A stretch of DNA of 63,747 bases, the filler included, from Thraustochytrium aureum (Eukaryota): assembly GCA_012862495.1 (NCBI GenBank). It is 6 parts of 5 records of this genome, joined end to end, with 100 filler letters (N's around TTAATTAATTAA, not from the genome) between each part and the next. Parts side by side here need not be neighbours in the genome. Positions count along the whole stretch, not along the records: positions 1 to 6,268 come from BLSG01000243.1; positions 6,369 to 23,900 come from BLSG01000243.1; 4 more parts are not named here. One strand, 5' to 3'. Position numbers and translations under genes: made by a program. This document shows positions 1 through 11,744 of the stretch, piece by piece. Numbering within the stretch: the first letter of the stretch is position 1; every line of letters starts with the position of its first letter. Below the pieces are notes generated by a model. It made no database searches. It was not told the origin of the DNA and saw only the letters and a list, made by a program, of their open reading frames with translations.

Positions 1-128
1 CTGGCGCGGTGGCGGTGGCGGTGGCGGCTGCTGCGGTGGGTCTGGGGGGTGGTAGAGGCTGTTGGCTTGGTCGCGGTGGCGGTTTGGCGCGAGTTGTGCG
101 TGGGTGAGGCGGTTGGAGGGAGGGAAGG

Positions 129-1535
129 ATGGCGGCGGCGGCCGGCGACGCGGTGGCACAGGTGGAGCAGGTGAAGAGGGCGCTCCAGGGGATTGGGGCG
201 GTGGGAGCGGAAGGGATGCGCAAGAGGAGCCGCACGCGGAGGGTTGAGGCGGCGAGGACGCGCGAGACCAGCCTGCTGCGCAAGTTGCTGCAGCGAGAGT
301 TTAGCACGACGGGACAGCTGCAATTCAACGCGCAGCGGTCCACGGAGCTGTTCCAAGGGTTCCGGCCGCGCCATGTCCTGGATGCCCACGACCCCGACAC
401 GGCCGACGTGAAACTCTGCTTTCTTCGCAAGCGGTCCAAGGTGGTCGAGATCGTGGCAGCGAAAGACCTCGTTTTCGGGCTGACTCAGACCGGGGTCTGC
501 ACTGCGTTCAGCCGACTCACGCACAAGCGCGTGTGCTTTATGAACACGGCCCCGGACGAGGTCATTCGCAGCCTGTTCTACAACAAGTCCAACGACTCGC
601 TCATCACCGTGTCCGTGTACCGCGAGGACAACTACAGCTCGCTCAAGTGCCGCTCGACGTCGCTCGAGTACATCCGGCGGCAGCAGCCTGACGCGGGCTT
701 TGCTTTGTTTGAGTCCGAGTCGCTGCGGTGGCCCGGGTTTGTCGAATTCGACGACGTGAACGGCAAGGTGCTGACCTATTCCGCCAAAGACAAGGTCTAC
801 AAGGTGTGGGACCTCATCAACTACACCCTGCTGTACCGCATCGAGGACCGTGACATCCAGGAGATCAAGATCAGCCCCGGCATCATGCTCCTCATTTACA
901 ACCGCAGCGCGTGCGGCGCGTCCGTGCCGCTCAAGATCCTCGCCATCGACTCGGGCGAGGAGCTGCAGTCGTTCCAGCACCCGCTGCAGAGCGACAAAAA
1001 GATAGACTTTATTGAGCAGTTCAACGAGAAGCTTCTCGTCAAGCAGGAGGGCGGCAACCTCCAGATCGTAGACGTGAGCACCTCGGAGTGGCAGGAGGTC
1101 CCCAGCACAGACTTTATGACACCCACGGCGTTCATCTTCTTGTACGAGAACCAGCTGTTCCTGACCTTTCGCGACCACCACGTCGCAGTGTGGAACTTTC
1201 GGGGCGAGCTGGTCACGCACTTTGCCGACCACGTGCTCTGGCACCCAGACTGCAACACGAACAACATTTACATCACGAGCCGCCAGGACCTCATTATCTC
1301 TTACTGCAAGGACGGCGAGGGCGGCACCCCCCACCGAGGCTCAATAAACGTTTCGAACATCCTGACTGGGGCTTGTTTGGCCAAGATCAGCGCGCCTCCG
1401 GCCAACGCAACTGCCCAGCAGACGGCGCACTTTTCGGAAGGACTCGAGGACGTCACGGCGCTCTACTACACGGAAGAGTCGGGCGAGATCCTCACTGGGA
1501 ACAAGAGTGGGCTTATCTACGTGTGGTCCAACTGA
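129..1535 (+). CDS. Uncharacterised WD40/beta-propeller protein (468 aa)
   Basis: Intact ORF with strong GC3 bias. WD-like repeat ends (YKVWD, VAVWN, IYVWSN) and a beta-strand-rich pattern. Confidence 0.8.
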   Translation: MAAAAGDAVAQVEQVKRALQGIGAVGAEGMRKRSRTRRVEAARTRETSLLRKLLQREFSTTGQLQFNAQRSTELFQGFRPRHVLDAHDPDTADVKLCFLRKRSKVVEIVAAKDLVFGLTQTGVCTAFSRLTHKRVCFMNTAPDEVIRSLFYNKSNDSLITVSVYREDNYSSLKCRSTSLEYIRRQQPDAGFALFESESLRWPGFVEFDDVNGKVLTYSAKDKVYKVWDLINYTLLYRIEDRDIQEIKISPGIMLLIYNRSACGASVPLKILAIDSGEELQSFQHPLQSDKKIDFIEQFNEKLLVKQEGGNLQIVDVSTSEWQEVPSTDFMTPTAFIFLYENQLFLTFRDHHVAVWNFRGELVTHFADHVLWHPDCNTNNIYITSRQDLIISYCKDGEGGTPHRGSINVSNILTGACLAKISAPPANATAQQTAHFSEGLEDVTALYYTEESGEILTGNKSGLIYVWSN

Positions 1536-1792
1536 GGCGCTTCTCGGCGCGCGGCGGCGAGGTGTACAATAGAATGCTGCCTGCTGAGCTTTGGGCACGC
1601 CGCGGGCTGCGGCAGCGGACAGCTCGAATAGCTCGTTTCTTTCTGAAGGAAAACGAAAAGGGATATTCTTTCACGCGGCTGCTGCTCAGGGTTCCCTCGG
1701 CCAGCTCGAGCGAGTGAGCAAACAGAAAAGTTGCCGTCGCATGCTCCGCCTGCAAGGCACCTCGCGCGCTCGTCAAATTGCGCGTTGGGGCC

Positions 1793-2627
1793 CTACGTAC
1801 TCTGCACCGCCTTGCCCGTGAGGGACTTGGCGTATTCCAGCTGGCGCTTGAGGGCGTCCAGAGAGCTGGCGCCGAGGCCGAACGGCTCTTCCTGGCCTGC
1901 AAGGAGGTAGTAGTGCCTGATTTTCCCGATAAGGTCGTCCTTCTGCCTGCGCANNNNNNNNNNNNNNNNNNNNNNNNNNNNNNNNNNNNNNNNNNNNNNN
2001 NNNNNNNNNNNNNNNNNNNNNNNNNNNNNNNNNNNNNNNNNNNNNNNNNNNNNNNNNNNNNNNNNNNNNNNNNNNNNNNNNNNNNNNNNNNNNNNNNNNN
2101 NNNNNNNNNNNNNNNNNNNNNNNNNNNNNNNNNNNNNNNNNNNNNNNNNNNNNNNNNNNNNNNNNNNNNNNNNNNNNNNNNNNNNNNNNNNNNNNNNNNN
2201 NNNNNNNNNNNNNNNNNNNNNNNNNNNNNNNNNNNNNNNNNNNNNNNNNNNNNNNNNNNNNNNNNNNNNNNNNNNNNNNNNNNNNNNNNNNNNNNNNNNN
2301 NNNNNNNNNNNNNNNNNNNNNNNNNNNNNNNNNNNNNNNNNNNNNNNNNNNNNNNNNNNNNNNNNNNNNNNNNNNNNNNNNNNNNNNNNNNNNNNNNNNN
2401 NNNNNNNNNNNNNNNNNNNNNNNNNNNNNNNNNNNNNNNNNNNNNNNNNNNNNNNNNNNNNNNNNNNNNNNNNNNNNNNNNNNNNNNNNNNNNNNNNNNN
2501 NNNNNNNNNNNNNNNNNNNNNNNNNNNAGTGCAGTGCAGTGCATCGTCGCGCGAAACTCACCGCGGTGTTGTCGCCAACGGAGCGGCCATCGAAAGCCTG
2601 GCCAAAACAGCTCGAGCAGCACCCCAT
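1793..2627 (-). CDS. Small, probably N-myristoylated/palmitoylated protein; middle hidden by N gap
   Basis: Starts MGCCSSC at 2627. After the gap, my translation of a frame absent from the ORF track gives RQKDDLIGKIRHYYLLAGQEEPFGLGASSLDALKRQLEYAKSLTGKAVQST-TAG (stop 1793-1795). Joining the halves is inferred. Confidence 0.55.
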
Positions 2628-3137
2628 CGCGCAGCGCCAGCCGCAGGCGGGTGCCGCCGCTCCTTGCCGCGCGCTCTATGCCTTTGCCTCCTCTTGGAGA
2701 GTCTACTGCCTTGCCGCCGTGTCTGCCGCGCGCTGCGCGTCTGCAAGGCCTTTTTCCGTTTCGCGGCTGAATTCCCTTTCGCAAGGTTGTTGTTCGTGAA
2801 ACAAGAAACAGAAGGCTCAGCGGTGCGGGCCGCGGGCTGGCGAGCAAGCAAGCGCAAGGCCCTCGAGACGCCGCTGACGGAACGCGAGAGGCGTGGCTCG
2901 ATGGGTTGCGTTTTTCCTTTTTCTGCTGACGCCATGTCGACCCGAGACGAGCGGGTGATCGATCGCTTGCGGCGGGTCAGCTCTGGCCGAAGCGGGCGAG
3001 CCACTTGACCAGTCTCACACACACACACTCTCTCTCTCTACTTTTGAGCAAGGGATGGGTACCGGTAGGGCTTCGCACAGGATGGTTTGTTCTAAGCGTC
3101 TGGACATCTCTGCAGAACTGACTGTGAACGCATGGGC

Positions 3138-4083
3138 CTACAATTTGTAGTAGCCGCCTTTGTACAGTTCGAGTTCCGTCTTGTTTCGCGACCACGAGAG
3201 GACCGACGGAAACTGGCGGCCAACATCTCGCAACATCCGGTGCTCGCGCAGCTTGGAGATCGTGTCCGAGGCCGTGCTGACAATGACGCCGATGAAGAAG
3301 TTGGCCCTTGCGGCAATCTCAAAGTCGATGACGGCGCACTCGTAGCCCGAGCACGGGCCCTTGTACAGGTAGCCATTGCCGTCGTTGTACGACTCGAGAG
3401 CACCGAGGCGCTGGCGGTCGCTGGCCACAAAGATCGGCATGTCGGTGAACCCGATGGTGTCGTGCATGACCTCCAAAAACACCGGCTTGCTGGGAGAGCA
3501 CAGCATCTTGCCAATGCCATTGTTGTAAATCTTCATGCGGTAGAAGCAGCTACCTTCGAGCCAGCGGAGGTGAACTGCCGCAAACTCCTTGCCCTGGAAG
3601 TTCTCCTCGATAAACTTTGTGGCAGTGTCGCGGATAGACTGGCGCGGATACAGGTACTCGTAAAAGCCGCGCTCGATATTGAGTCCGGGCACATCGGCGG
3701 CCCAGCGCGCGTTGCGGAACATCGTGTCGCCGTAAAGGCCGAGCACCTTGATCCCGGCCGTGGCCTTTTTCAGCTGGTCCAGCACGGACGACTCGAGCAG
3801 CTTGCAGCCCAGCCTGTGCTTGCAAAGCTTGGTGACCACCTTGCTGGTCCTCGCCTTCTTGCAGATGTTGCCGTTGTATGCGACGGCGATCTTGGGGTGG
3901 ATGTGCCCCAAAAGGTTGGCGTCAAAGAGCGACGACACGATGCGGGGCACCACCAGGGTGCGGTTGAGAAGGTAGGCGAAAACAGCCCGCCTCGCACTGA
4001 CAGGATCTGGTTGTTCAACCGCCCGTACTTGCGGTACATGCAGATGACCCCGTTCTCGGAAATGGTCTCTGGAACTTGCTCGG
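3138..4083 (-). CDS. GDP-fucose O-fucosyltransferase-like protein (5' part in gap, frameshift near 3980)
   Basis: YGRLNNQ motif, then LNRTLVVP, AVHLR, IFVASD and IDFEIAARANFFIG..ST. One base is missing in the A4 run at 3979-3982. Confidence 0.75.
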
Positions 4084-4925
4084 NNNNNNNNNNNNNNNNN
4101 NNNNNNNNNNNNNNNNNNNNNNNNNNNNNNNNNNNNNNNNNNNNNNNNNNNNNNNNNNNNNNNNNNNNNNNNNNNNNNNNNNNNNNNNNNNNNNNNNNNN
4201 NNNNNNNNNNNNNNNNNNNNNNNNNNNNNNNNNNNNNNNNNNNNNNNNNNNNNNNNNNNNNNNNNNNNNNNNNNNNNNNNNNNNNNNNNNNNNNNNNNNN
4301 NNNNNNNNNNNNNNNNNNNNNNNNNNNNNNNNNNNNNNNNNNNNNNNNNNNNNNNNNNNNNNNNNNNNNNNNNNNNNNNNNNNNNNNNNNNNNNNNNNNN
4401 NNNNNNNNNNNNNNNNNNNNNNNNNNNNNNNNNNNNNNNNNNNNNNNNNNNNNNNNNNNNNNNNNNNNNNNNNNNNNNNNNNNNNNNNNNNNNNNNNNNN
4501 NNNNNNNNNNNNNNNNNNNNNNNNNNNNNNNNNNNNNNNNNNNNNNNNNNNNNNNNNNNNNNNNNNNNNNNNNNNNNNNNNNNNNNNNNNNNNNNNNNNN
4601 NNNNNNNNNNNNNNNNNNNNNNNNNNNNNNNNNNNNNNNNNNNNNNNNNNNNNNNNNNNNNNNNNNNNNNNNNNNNNNNNNNNNNNNNNNNNNNNNNNNN
4701 NNCTACCGGTACAAGCCGAAACCTGAACCGCACGAGCGCGCGCACGGCCGCGGGCAGGGCCTCGAGCATGTCCCCCTCGCGGCAGAGGTCAGAGGCTGCC
4801 TCCCTGTGCTCCTTTGTTCGTGCTGGTGAGCGCCGTTTTTGCTGCGGATTGCCTCTCTGCGGCGGCGGCTACACTCCTGGATTGGCCACGGCGCCACGCG
4901 CAGCTGCCTGCCGTGGTGGCCGCTG

Positions 4926-4958
<33 letters not shown>

Positions 4959-5037
4959 GTTGTGCTGCTGCTGTTGGTTTGCTGGGCTGACTTTTGACAG
5001 GGTGCAGGCTGGACTTGTTGGGCTGGCTTTCGAGAGG

Positions 5038-6202
5038 ATGCTCGCTGGCACGCTCGCGCTGGCCGCCCGCGGCGCTGGCAGGGCTCGCGGCGGGCATCGA
5101 GCACAACGGCGACGAGGGCGAGGGCGACTGGGGGGAGATGCAGCCGCAGGGCATGGAGTTTGATGACCCGGACGTGGGGCAAGTCGACTTCACGGGCAAG
5201 GTTGACGCGTTCGAGTTTGCCCAAACTAGCTCGTTCGACAGCGCGCTCGGCGAGTCGCTGAGCGCGCAGGACCTCGCGTTCAATGTCGCGTCGGAAAGCG
5301 GGCTTGCGGACCTGGTTTCGGACGCCAGCGAGCTGAGCTCGTTCATGCACGACCCAGAAGACCCCGACATGCTCGGTGGCGGCGTCCTCGGCCTCTTCCA
5401 GCCGCCAGACGTTGCGGGGGAATCCAGCAAGCCGTGGCGCGCGTTCTTGACCCTGTCGGAAAGCATGGCGCCGCTTGGTATCCGGTTCGCATATTCCACC
5501 AACAGCTCGCTTTTGGCCCAGTTCGGCGTTGCGGACTGGAAGGTGATCGTGTTCCGGCCTGTGGCCTACACGGGGCCAGACTCGGGCTCCGGGGAGCCCT
5601 TGCTCGCGGCATTCCCCAAGAACGGGGCCAGCGACGACGCTTGGGAGCAAGACGAGCTGGCCAAGTTTATCGCTAGCGCCTCCATGCCTCGGGTCGGCGA
5701 GATCTCTTACGAGAACGAGGACCTGTACGACCTGCTCGACGGCCCTGTCATTTGCGCCTACGCGCCAATAGATCGCGTCCATGGCCTTGCCGAGGTTCGT
5801 GCGCTGGCGAACCAGGTGCGCCAGGTTGCAGACCTCGTGGGCGCGCGCCTGCCCGAAGACCATCTCGGGCGCCACGCCGCGTACGCCCTCGTCGACGCGA
5901 GGAAGAACTCGTACGAGCTGCGCTACTTTTCCGGCCACATGCTCTACCGCAAGCACGAGCTAGTAAGTTCCAAAGGACGCGCACTGCTTGCGGTGCGGAG
6001 CGCCAGGCGAGAGTACTACAAAATGGATGGCGTGTTTGCAGACGTTGCGGCCGCCGCCGACTTTGTTGTCTCTGCGCTCAAGGGCGAGGTTCGCGCAGTT
6101 CGGCTTGAGGGGCAAGACCTCCAGGCTGCTCGCGGCCACGGGGAGCCCGATGGGGACGAAGGCGAGGCGGGCGGTGGCGTCGGCCTCCGCGACGAGCTGT
6201 AG
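5038..6202 (+). CDS. ER-lumenal non-catalytic PDI/thioredoxin-fold protein ending RDEL
   Basis: Removing one C near 5068 gives the signal peptide MLAGTLALAAAALAGLAAG. Has PDI b/b'-like motifs (FIASASMPRVGEI) and a C-terminal RDEL retention signal; no CxxC. Confidence 0.65.
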
Positions 6203-6268
6203 CCGTCGCCATGTACGTGAGGAGGGCGACCACAGGCGGTCCGTACCTCTAGCGGCGGCCGCTGGCTC

Positions 6269-6368
6269 NNNNNNNNNNNNNNNNNNNNNNNNNNNNNNNN
6301 NNNNNNNNNNNNTTAATTAATTAANNNNNNNNNNNNNNNNNNNNNNNNNNNNNNNNNNNNNNNNNNNN
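6269..6368. other. Artificial scaffold-joining spacer
   Basis: N44-TTAATTAATTAA-N44, with stops in all six frames; identical at five positions. Confidence 0.95.
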
Positions 6369-6498
6369 CTCTCGCTTGTCGACGGGCGAGCGATACTCTC
6401 GCTTGTCGTCGCGCCCCGCTTAATGCGCCCCTTGCCAAACACGCGCCGCCGCCACGCGCTCAACACAAAACCTGCGGCTGGGCCTCACAAGCAGCTAG

Positions 6499-7293
6499 CT
6501 AGTTGCCCCTCTCCCCAGCGTCCCCCGAGCCATGCGAAGCGCCGTCGCCAGCCGGCTCGTCGCTGGGCGCCGCAGACGGCGCAACTATCGCCTTGTTCGC
6601 AACGAGGCTAAGGTAGATGTTCCACACCGTCCCGATCAGGCTATTTGTGATGGCACGGTAGTCCATCGGAACAAACCGAAACACCACCACATTAAACATC
6701 GGCCAATACATGCACCCAGCCAAGAACGTTGGCACGAGGTCAGCCTTGATCTTTGCCAAAGCGTCCTTGGGCGTCCTCGAGCGCTTGCCGTCCTTGTCCT
6801 TGTTCAGCAGGGTGACCGCGGTAAACATAACTGGAAGCGACACCAAGAACGCAAAGGTCGAGTTGCTCAGCGTCTTTTGAATGATCCGCTTCGCAGTGGA
6901 CCCCGGCAGCTTCGACTCAAGAAAAACGTTCCATGTGTGGCTGATCGGCCCAGTCACAAAGGTTCCAATAAATGCCATCGTGGCAGTGCGACTCACGTTG
7001 TTTACCGCGCCAGACTCAATCATCTGGCACAGCGCGTCGCCAAGGCCCATGCTCAGGCCAATTGCAACAACAGAGCGCAACAGCGGGACGCCAAACCTGC
7101 TCTTGGACTTCACCGGAGCGAGCGCTTGCGCCGCTGCCGCAGCCGAAGCCGCGGCGTTGGTCGGGCTCCGCTTCCTCCCGGTCGCGGTCGAGGCCCCTCT
7201 CGTCCGCACCAGGCTCCATCTCGGCGCACATCCCACCGCCCGGGCCACCGCTCGCGGCGGGCAGGCCGCGCGTCCACGCGCCCAAAGCAGCAT
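6499..7293 (-). CDS. Mpv17/PMP22 family membrane protein with probable mitochondrial presequence
   Basis: GLGDALCQ, GPISHTWN..LE, and YWPMFNVVVFRFVPMDYR..WNIYLS motifs. Arg/Ala-rich N-terminus from ATG 7293. Confidence 0.88.
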   Translation of the reverse strand: MLLWARGRAACPPRAVARAVGCAPRWSLVRTRGASTATGRKRSPTNAAASAAAAAQALAPVKSKSRFGVPLLRSVVAIGLSMGLGDALCQMIESGAVNNVSRTATMAFIGTFVTGPISHTWNVFLESKLPGSTAKRIIQKTLSNSTFAFLVSLPVMFTAVTLLNKDKDGKRSRTPKDALAKIKADLVPTFLAGCMYWPMFNVVVFRFVPMDYRAITNSLIGTVWNIYLSLVANKAIVAPSAAPSDEPAGDGASHGSGDAGERGN

Positions 7294-7396
7294 CGAGAGT
7301 GCCGGGAGCGGCAAATCCCTGCCTCCCGCTCTCGCGCAGCCTCCGCGCTGCTTCAAGCGCCACCAGCCCAGCGCTGCACTGTCGCGCCTCGAGGGC

Positions 7397-7450
7397 CCTG
7401 CCTGCCTGCGCCTGCCTGCCGCCTGCCTGCCTGCTTGCCTGCCTGCCTGC
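7397..7450. repeat. (CCTG)n imperfect microsatellite upstream of Mpv17
   Basis: cctgcctgcctg...gcctgcctgc seen directly. Confidence 0.85.
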
Positions 7451-8803
7451 CGCCACCGCCGCTGTGGCGAAGCACACTACGCGCTCATTGCGAGTCTGTC
7501 GTCTCGCCAATTCCACGAGCGGCTCGCTTCTTGCGAGTGATGTGTATGTCGAGTTTCCATGGCCTGGTGACTCCGATGTGCGCCGCGGGGCGCGCGACTT
7601 GACCGGGGTGCGGCGCGCGCGGCGGCTGCGCGGCCGGCAGGGCGAACATTGTCGGCCAGGCCCCTGGGCGCCTGCCGTCCCGCGTCGCACTTTTTTATGC
7701 GGAGGCGCAGCGCGGCCGCGGCCGGCTGCACAGCTAACCCGACCTACTGCTCGTGCGGAGCGGCGCTGCGCTGATAGGCAGGCGCGATGGCGCCTCATGC
7801 GAGGCCGCCCTGCTTTTCCCTGCGGGCGAGCTGAGCTTGGGGGTGAATCGTCGCTGGTTGGCGCCGCAAGAATGCCGGCCACGGCCGCCAGGACTGCTCG
7901 GCGGCGTCTGATGAGAGCGTCAAGCCTCTTGGCCCTGCGAGCCTCTTTGCGCGCCGTCGCCGCTGCCGCTCTTTGTCCTTTTCGTCAGGCAGCACGGACG
8001 GCGGCGGGACGCGAAAACGTGGAGAGCAAGCCACAGTTTGGTCCTCCCGCGCCTTACTCGCTTCAACCCTGTTGGAACGTCGGCAGCAGCGGGGCAGCAG
8101 CGGGGCAGCAGCCGCGGACCCCGCAGGCAGCGTGCAGAGAATAGCTGGCGCAGCGCTGGCCGAGGCTCGCAGGGCCAGGCCCTCGGAGAGCTCGTTCTCA
8201 TGCAACCAGTTTTTTTCTCTTTTCTGCACTTGCAATCATGTTGGCGAAGACCAGTTGCCGAACGAAGGTTGCGCGGGCCAAGCGAGCGCCGCCAAAGCGC
8301 TCGAGGCCGCACCGGTCGACCTGCCAGGCCACCGCTGCAGCCCTTGCGGTGGGCGCCCTGAGCGAGTCCAGGCGGGCCGGTGTCGGGCCGGTGGCGGGCC
8401 GAAGGAGTCAGTCGTCGCTCGACCCGGCGACGGCGAAAGAGGACAGAAAGGTTGGGCAAGGTGCTCGTGCCGCCCCAAGCGGAGCCGATCTCTGGTTGGA
8501 GCTCGAGCTCGAGCGCAGGGCTGGGTCCTGCCCGCGTCTGTAGGGGCCCGGAACAGTTGGCTGGCTCGTGTGGCCAGGCCAACATGGAGCCTCCGCCTGA
8601 CGGCCTTGGCGCAGCGGGAGAGGCTTGGGGCACGAGCGGGACGCCCTCGGCCGGAGGGGCAGGGATAGAGTTCGTTGCCCTGGACCTGATCGACTGGGAC
8701 GAGGGCGGTCAGTATGCGAATGGCACGTACTTCCCCCGCCACTGGCAGTTCCAGACTCGAGCGAGCTGTTTTGTAGTGAGGACTCTAGCAACCTTGTTGG
8801 CTT

Positions 8804-8836
<33 letters not shown>

Positions 8837-8925
8837 GCACGATGCCGCCACCGACGGCCCGTCGCCTCGCGGGCAAAGCTCGTTGAATACGACGCCCCGG
8901 TCCGGCTCCTTCTCGACCTGCGAAA

Positions 8926-10391
8926 ATGGCGAAAAGCCCTGTGGAGGGCCGGGCGAGCACTGATGCAGAAAAGCGCCGGCGGCGCGCTATCGTGGCAGCT
9001 GCTAGCCGCGTCACGCGGGCGAAGCGCAAGCGCGAGAGGGAAAACCTGGAGGAGCGCAACAAGCGCCTCGAGCTGGACCGCGAGACGTACCTTGCGCAGA
9101 TTGCGCTGCTGCAAACAGAGGTCCAGATGCTGCGCGACGGTGGCGCGATCAACTTGGAAAAAGAGAACGAGCTTCTCCGGACGGAAATCAGGGTAAGTTG
9201 CTTTGGCAGGAAACGATCCCAACGCGAGCGCCTCGCAGTGGCGCTGACAGTGCAATTCTGGCCCCGCAGAAGCACAAGGCTTTCATTTACAACATCGTCA
9301 GCGCGACTGCAGAGGCGCCCTCGACGACNNNNNNNNNNNNNNNNNNNNNNNNNNNNNNNNNNNNNNNNNNNNNNNNNNNNNNNNNNNNNNNNNNNNNNNN
9401 NNNNNNNNNNNNNNNNNNNNNNNNNNNNNNNNNNNNNNNNNNNNNNNNNNNNNNNNNNNNNNNNNNNNNNNNNNNNNNNNNNNTTCGGCGATTGGGCAGG
9501 TCGTAGGGCTCGCGTACACGAGCGTGGCAGACCCCTCCTGGTTCAGTAGCTCGCTCAAACCAAGCCCAGACTCGGACATGGCAGTTCCTGTTCGCGTGCA
9601 GGTCCTCCCGCTCGGCTGTGAAATCCAGAATGCCAAGCGGGTCAACTTGCGCCTTGACATGCCAGACAGGCCGGAGGACATTGCCAAGCTTCGCGACAAG
9701 CTGTACCGGACCTGGACCGAGCCAGAGCTGGTTCGGCGCTTTGTGCTCGGCATAAGCGGGGCCCGGCGGAGCGCGCATCTCAAGGAGATCGAGACCAACT
9801 TTAGCCAAGTCGACGCCAGCGAGGAAACTGGGGGCAACAACATGCGCGTTTTCCACTTACACGGAGGAGGACACCGACGCCGAGTCTGTGCGCGATGGCG
9901 GGAGAGCCCTCGCCGAGGGCACTTCGCCCGCCCGAGCGGCGGCTAAAGTTGGCAAGTGCGATGCGGTCTTCGTCCTCACTTGGAAATGGACGCGCACCTT
10001 TGACCACTCGTTCCCGGATCTTAAGGGCAGCGCAGGGGCAGCAGGCAAGCCTTACGGCTACGAAACTGCACTCGACGGCGACAAGGTAGACGCGCACTCG
10101 ACCTGCGTGCTCTGCTCTGCAACCACGATAAACGAGCACGACGACCTGCAGCCGCAACAAGACGGAACGCAGCGCATCAGTTCGCCCATGATTGAGGGCC
10201 ACATTTTGCGCCGCAATCCTGCGGGTGGAACGCGCTGGACGGTCTGCTATAGTTTGCCGGTTGGCGGCGACTCGTATGCTGGGCTCTCCGCGCATTTTGA
10301 CGGTCCTCTGGTGAACGCCGACGGCACGCTGGGCCGCGTGGCGCAGCAAACCATCAAGATTGTGCTCGACATCCTCGATGAGCTTGACTAG
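8926..10391 (+). CDS. bZIP transcription factor with C-terminal START-like region (intron 9193-9269, gap, frameshift near 9858; may start at ATG 8584)
   Basis: Basic region KRRRRAIVAAASRVTRAKRK followed by a leucine heptad zipper. The intron GTAAGT..GCTGAC..CAG joins in frame to KHKAFIYNIV. Downstream ORFs 9524-9946 and 9888-10391 join after removing one T. Confidence 0.75.
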
Positions 10392-11036
10392 CTAGAGCCT
10401 ACCTATCCGCAATCCAGCCAACCGCGAGCCCCACTGCTCGATGCATTCCATCCGTTTCCCTTGCCGCGGGCGCACCAGACCTGCTTCTTTTCCCTACCTA
10501 CTTGGCTAGCAATGCNNNNNNNNNNNNNNNNNNNNNNNNNNNNNNNNNNNNNNNNNNNNNNNNNNNNNNNNNNNNNNNNNNNNNNNNNNNNNNNNNNNNN
10601 NNNNNNNNNNNNNNNNNNNNNNNNNNNNNNNNNNNNNNNNNNNNNNNNNNNNNNNNNNNNNNNNNNNNNNNNNNNNNNNNNNNNNNNNNNNNNNNNNNNN
10701 NNNNNNNNNNNNNNNNNNNNNNNNNNNNNNNNNNNNNNNNNNNNNNNNNNNNNNNNNNNNNNNNNNNNNNNNNNNNNNNNNNNNNNNNNNNNNNNNNNNN
10801 NNNNNNNNNNNNNNNNNNNNNNNNNNNNNNNNNNNNNNNNNNNNNNNNNNNNNNNNNNNNNNNNNNNNNNNNNNNNNNNNNNNNNNNNNNNNNNNNNNNN
10901 NNNNNNNNNNNNNNNNNNNNNNNNNNNNNNNNNNNNNNNNNNNNNNNNNNNNNNNNNNNNNNNNNNNNNNNNNNNNNNNNNNNNNNNNNNNNNNNNNNNN
11001 NNNNNNNNNNNNNNNNNNNNNNNNNNNNNNNNNNNN

Positions 11037-11744
11037 CTGATCCGCAAGCCAATGCGCTTCGTTGAGCAGATTGTGGCCGGGAGTGGCAGGTTCACGTTTG
11101 AAAAGCTGGTGGCAGGAGGGGTGCTCTCCGAGGAAGCCGCTCGGCGCGTCCGGGAGAGGCACCAAGGCGAAGTTCATGGGGTGGAGCTGACGGCTGGGGC
11201 CGTTGGATGTGCGTTGACTCACATCTCCATTTGGGAAGAGGTTGCGCGTTCGAATCGCTCGTCGATTGTTTTCGAAGACGACGTCTGGTTTTCCTCGCGC
11301 TTCGACCAGGTATTGATCGCTGCGACGCGTTCGGAAGCCATGCGGTCCGCCTCGATCTTGTATTTGGGAGCTCCTCCGCACGCCTATGCGGCTGAGTGGA
11401 GTGTCGCGGTCCCGGGTGCGCCACTCCGACGCTCCTACGGCGATAACTTTGGAGCTTTTGCGTACTTGATCACCCCCGCAGGGGCCCGCCAGCTCCTCGA
11501 TCAGCCGCTTTTCCCACTGGTGCAGCAGATCGACAAGAGGATCGAGATTTTGACGCGCAATGCCCCAGCATTCACTGCATATCTTTTGGAGCCCCCAGTC
11601 GCCTATGAGCTCAAGACCCTGCGGCCCTCCACGGTCCAGATCTACGCCACGAGGGGACCTCGTCCGCCGCACGTCGACGAAGACGGGCATGCCGCCTCGC
11701 CAAGCACGCTAGATCCTCCCGCAGCGTACATAAACGTCAAGTAG
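11037..11744 (+). CDS. Glycosyltransferase family 25 protein (5' end in gap)
   Basis: LTAGAVGCALTHISIW, IVFEDDV, ILYLG and AYLITPAGARQLL are GT25 motifs. Confidence 0.85.
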   Translation: MIRKPMRFVEQIVAGSGRFTFEKLVAGGVLSEEAARRVRERHQGEVHGVELTAGAVGCALTHISIWEEVARSNRSSIVFEDDVWFSSRFDQVLIAATRSEAMRSASILYLGAPPHAYAAEWSVAVPGAPLRRSYGDNFGAFAYLITPAGARQLLDQPLFPLVQQIDKRIEILTRNAPAFTAYLLEPPVAYELKTLRPSTVQIYATRGPRPPHVDEDGHAASPSTLDPPAAYINVK

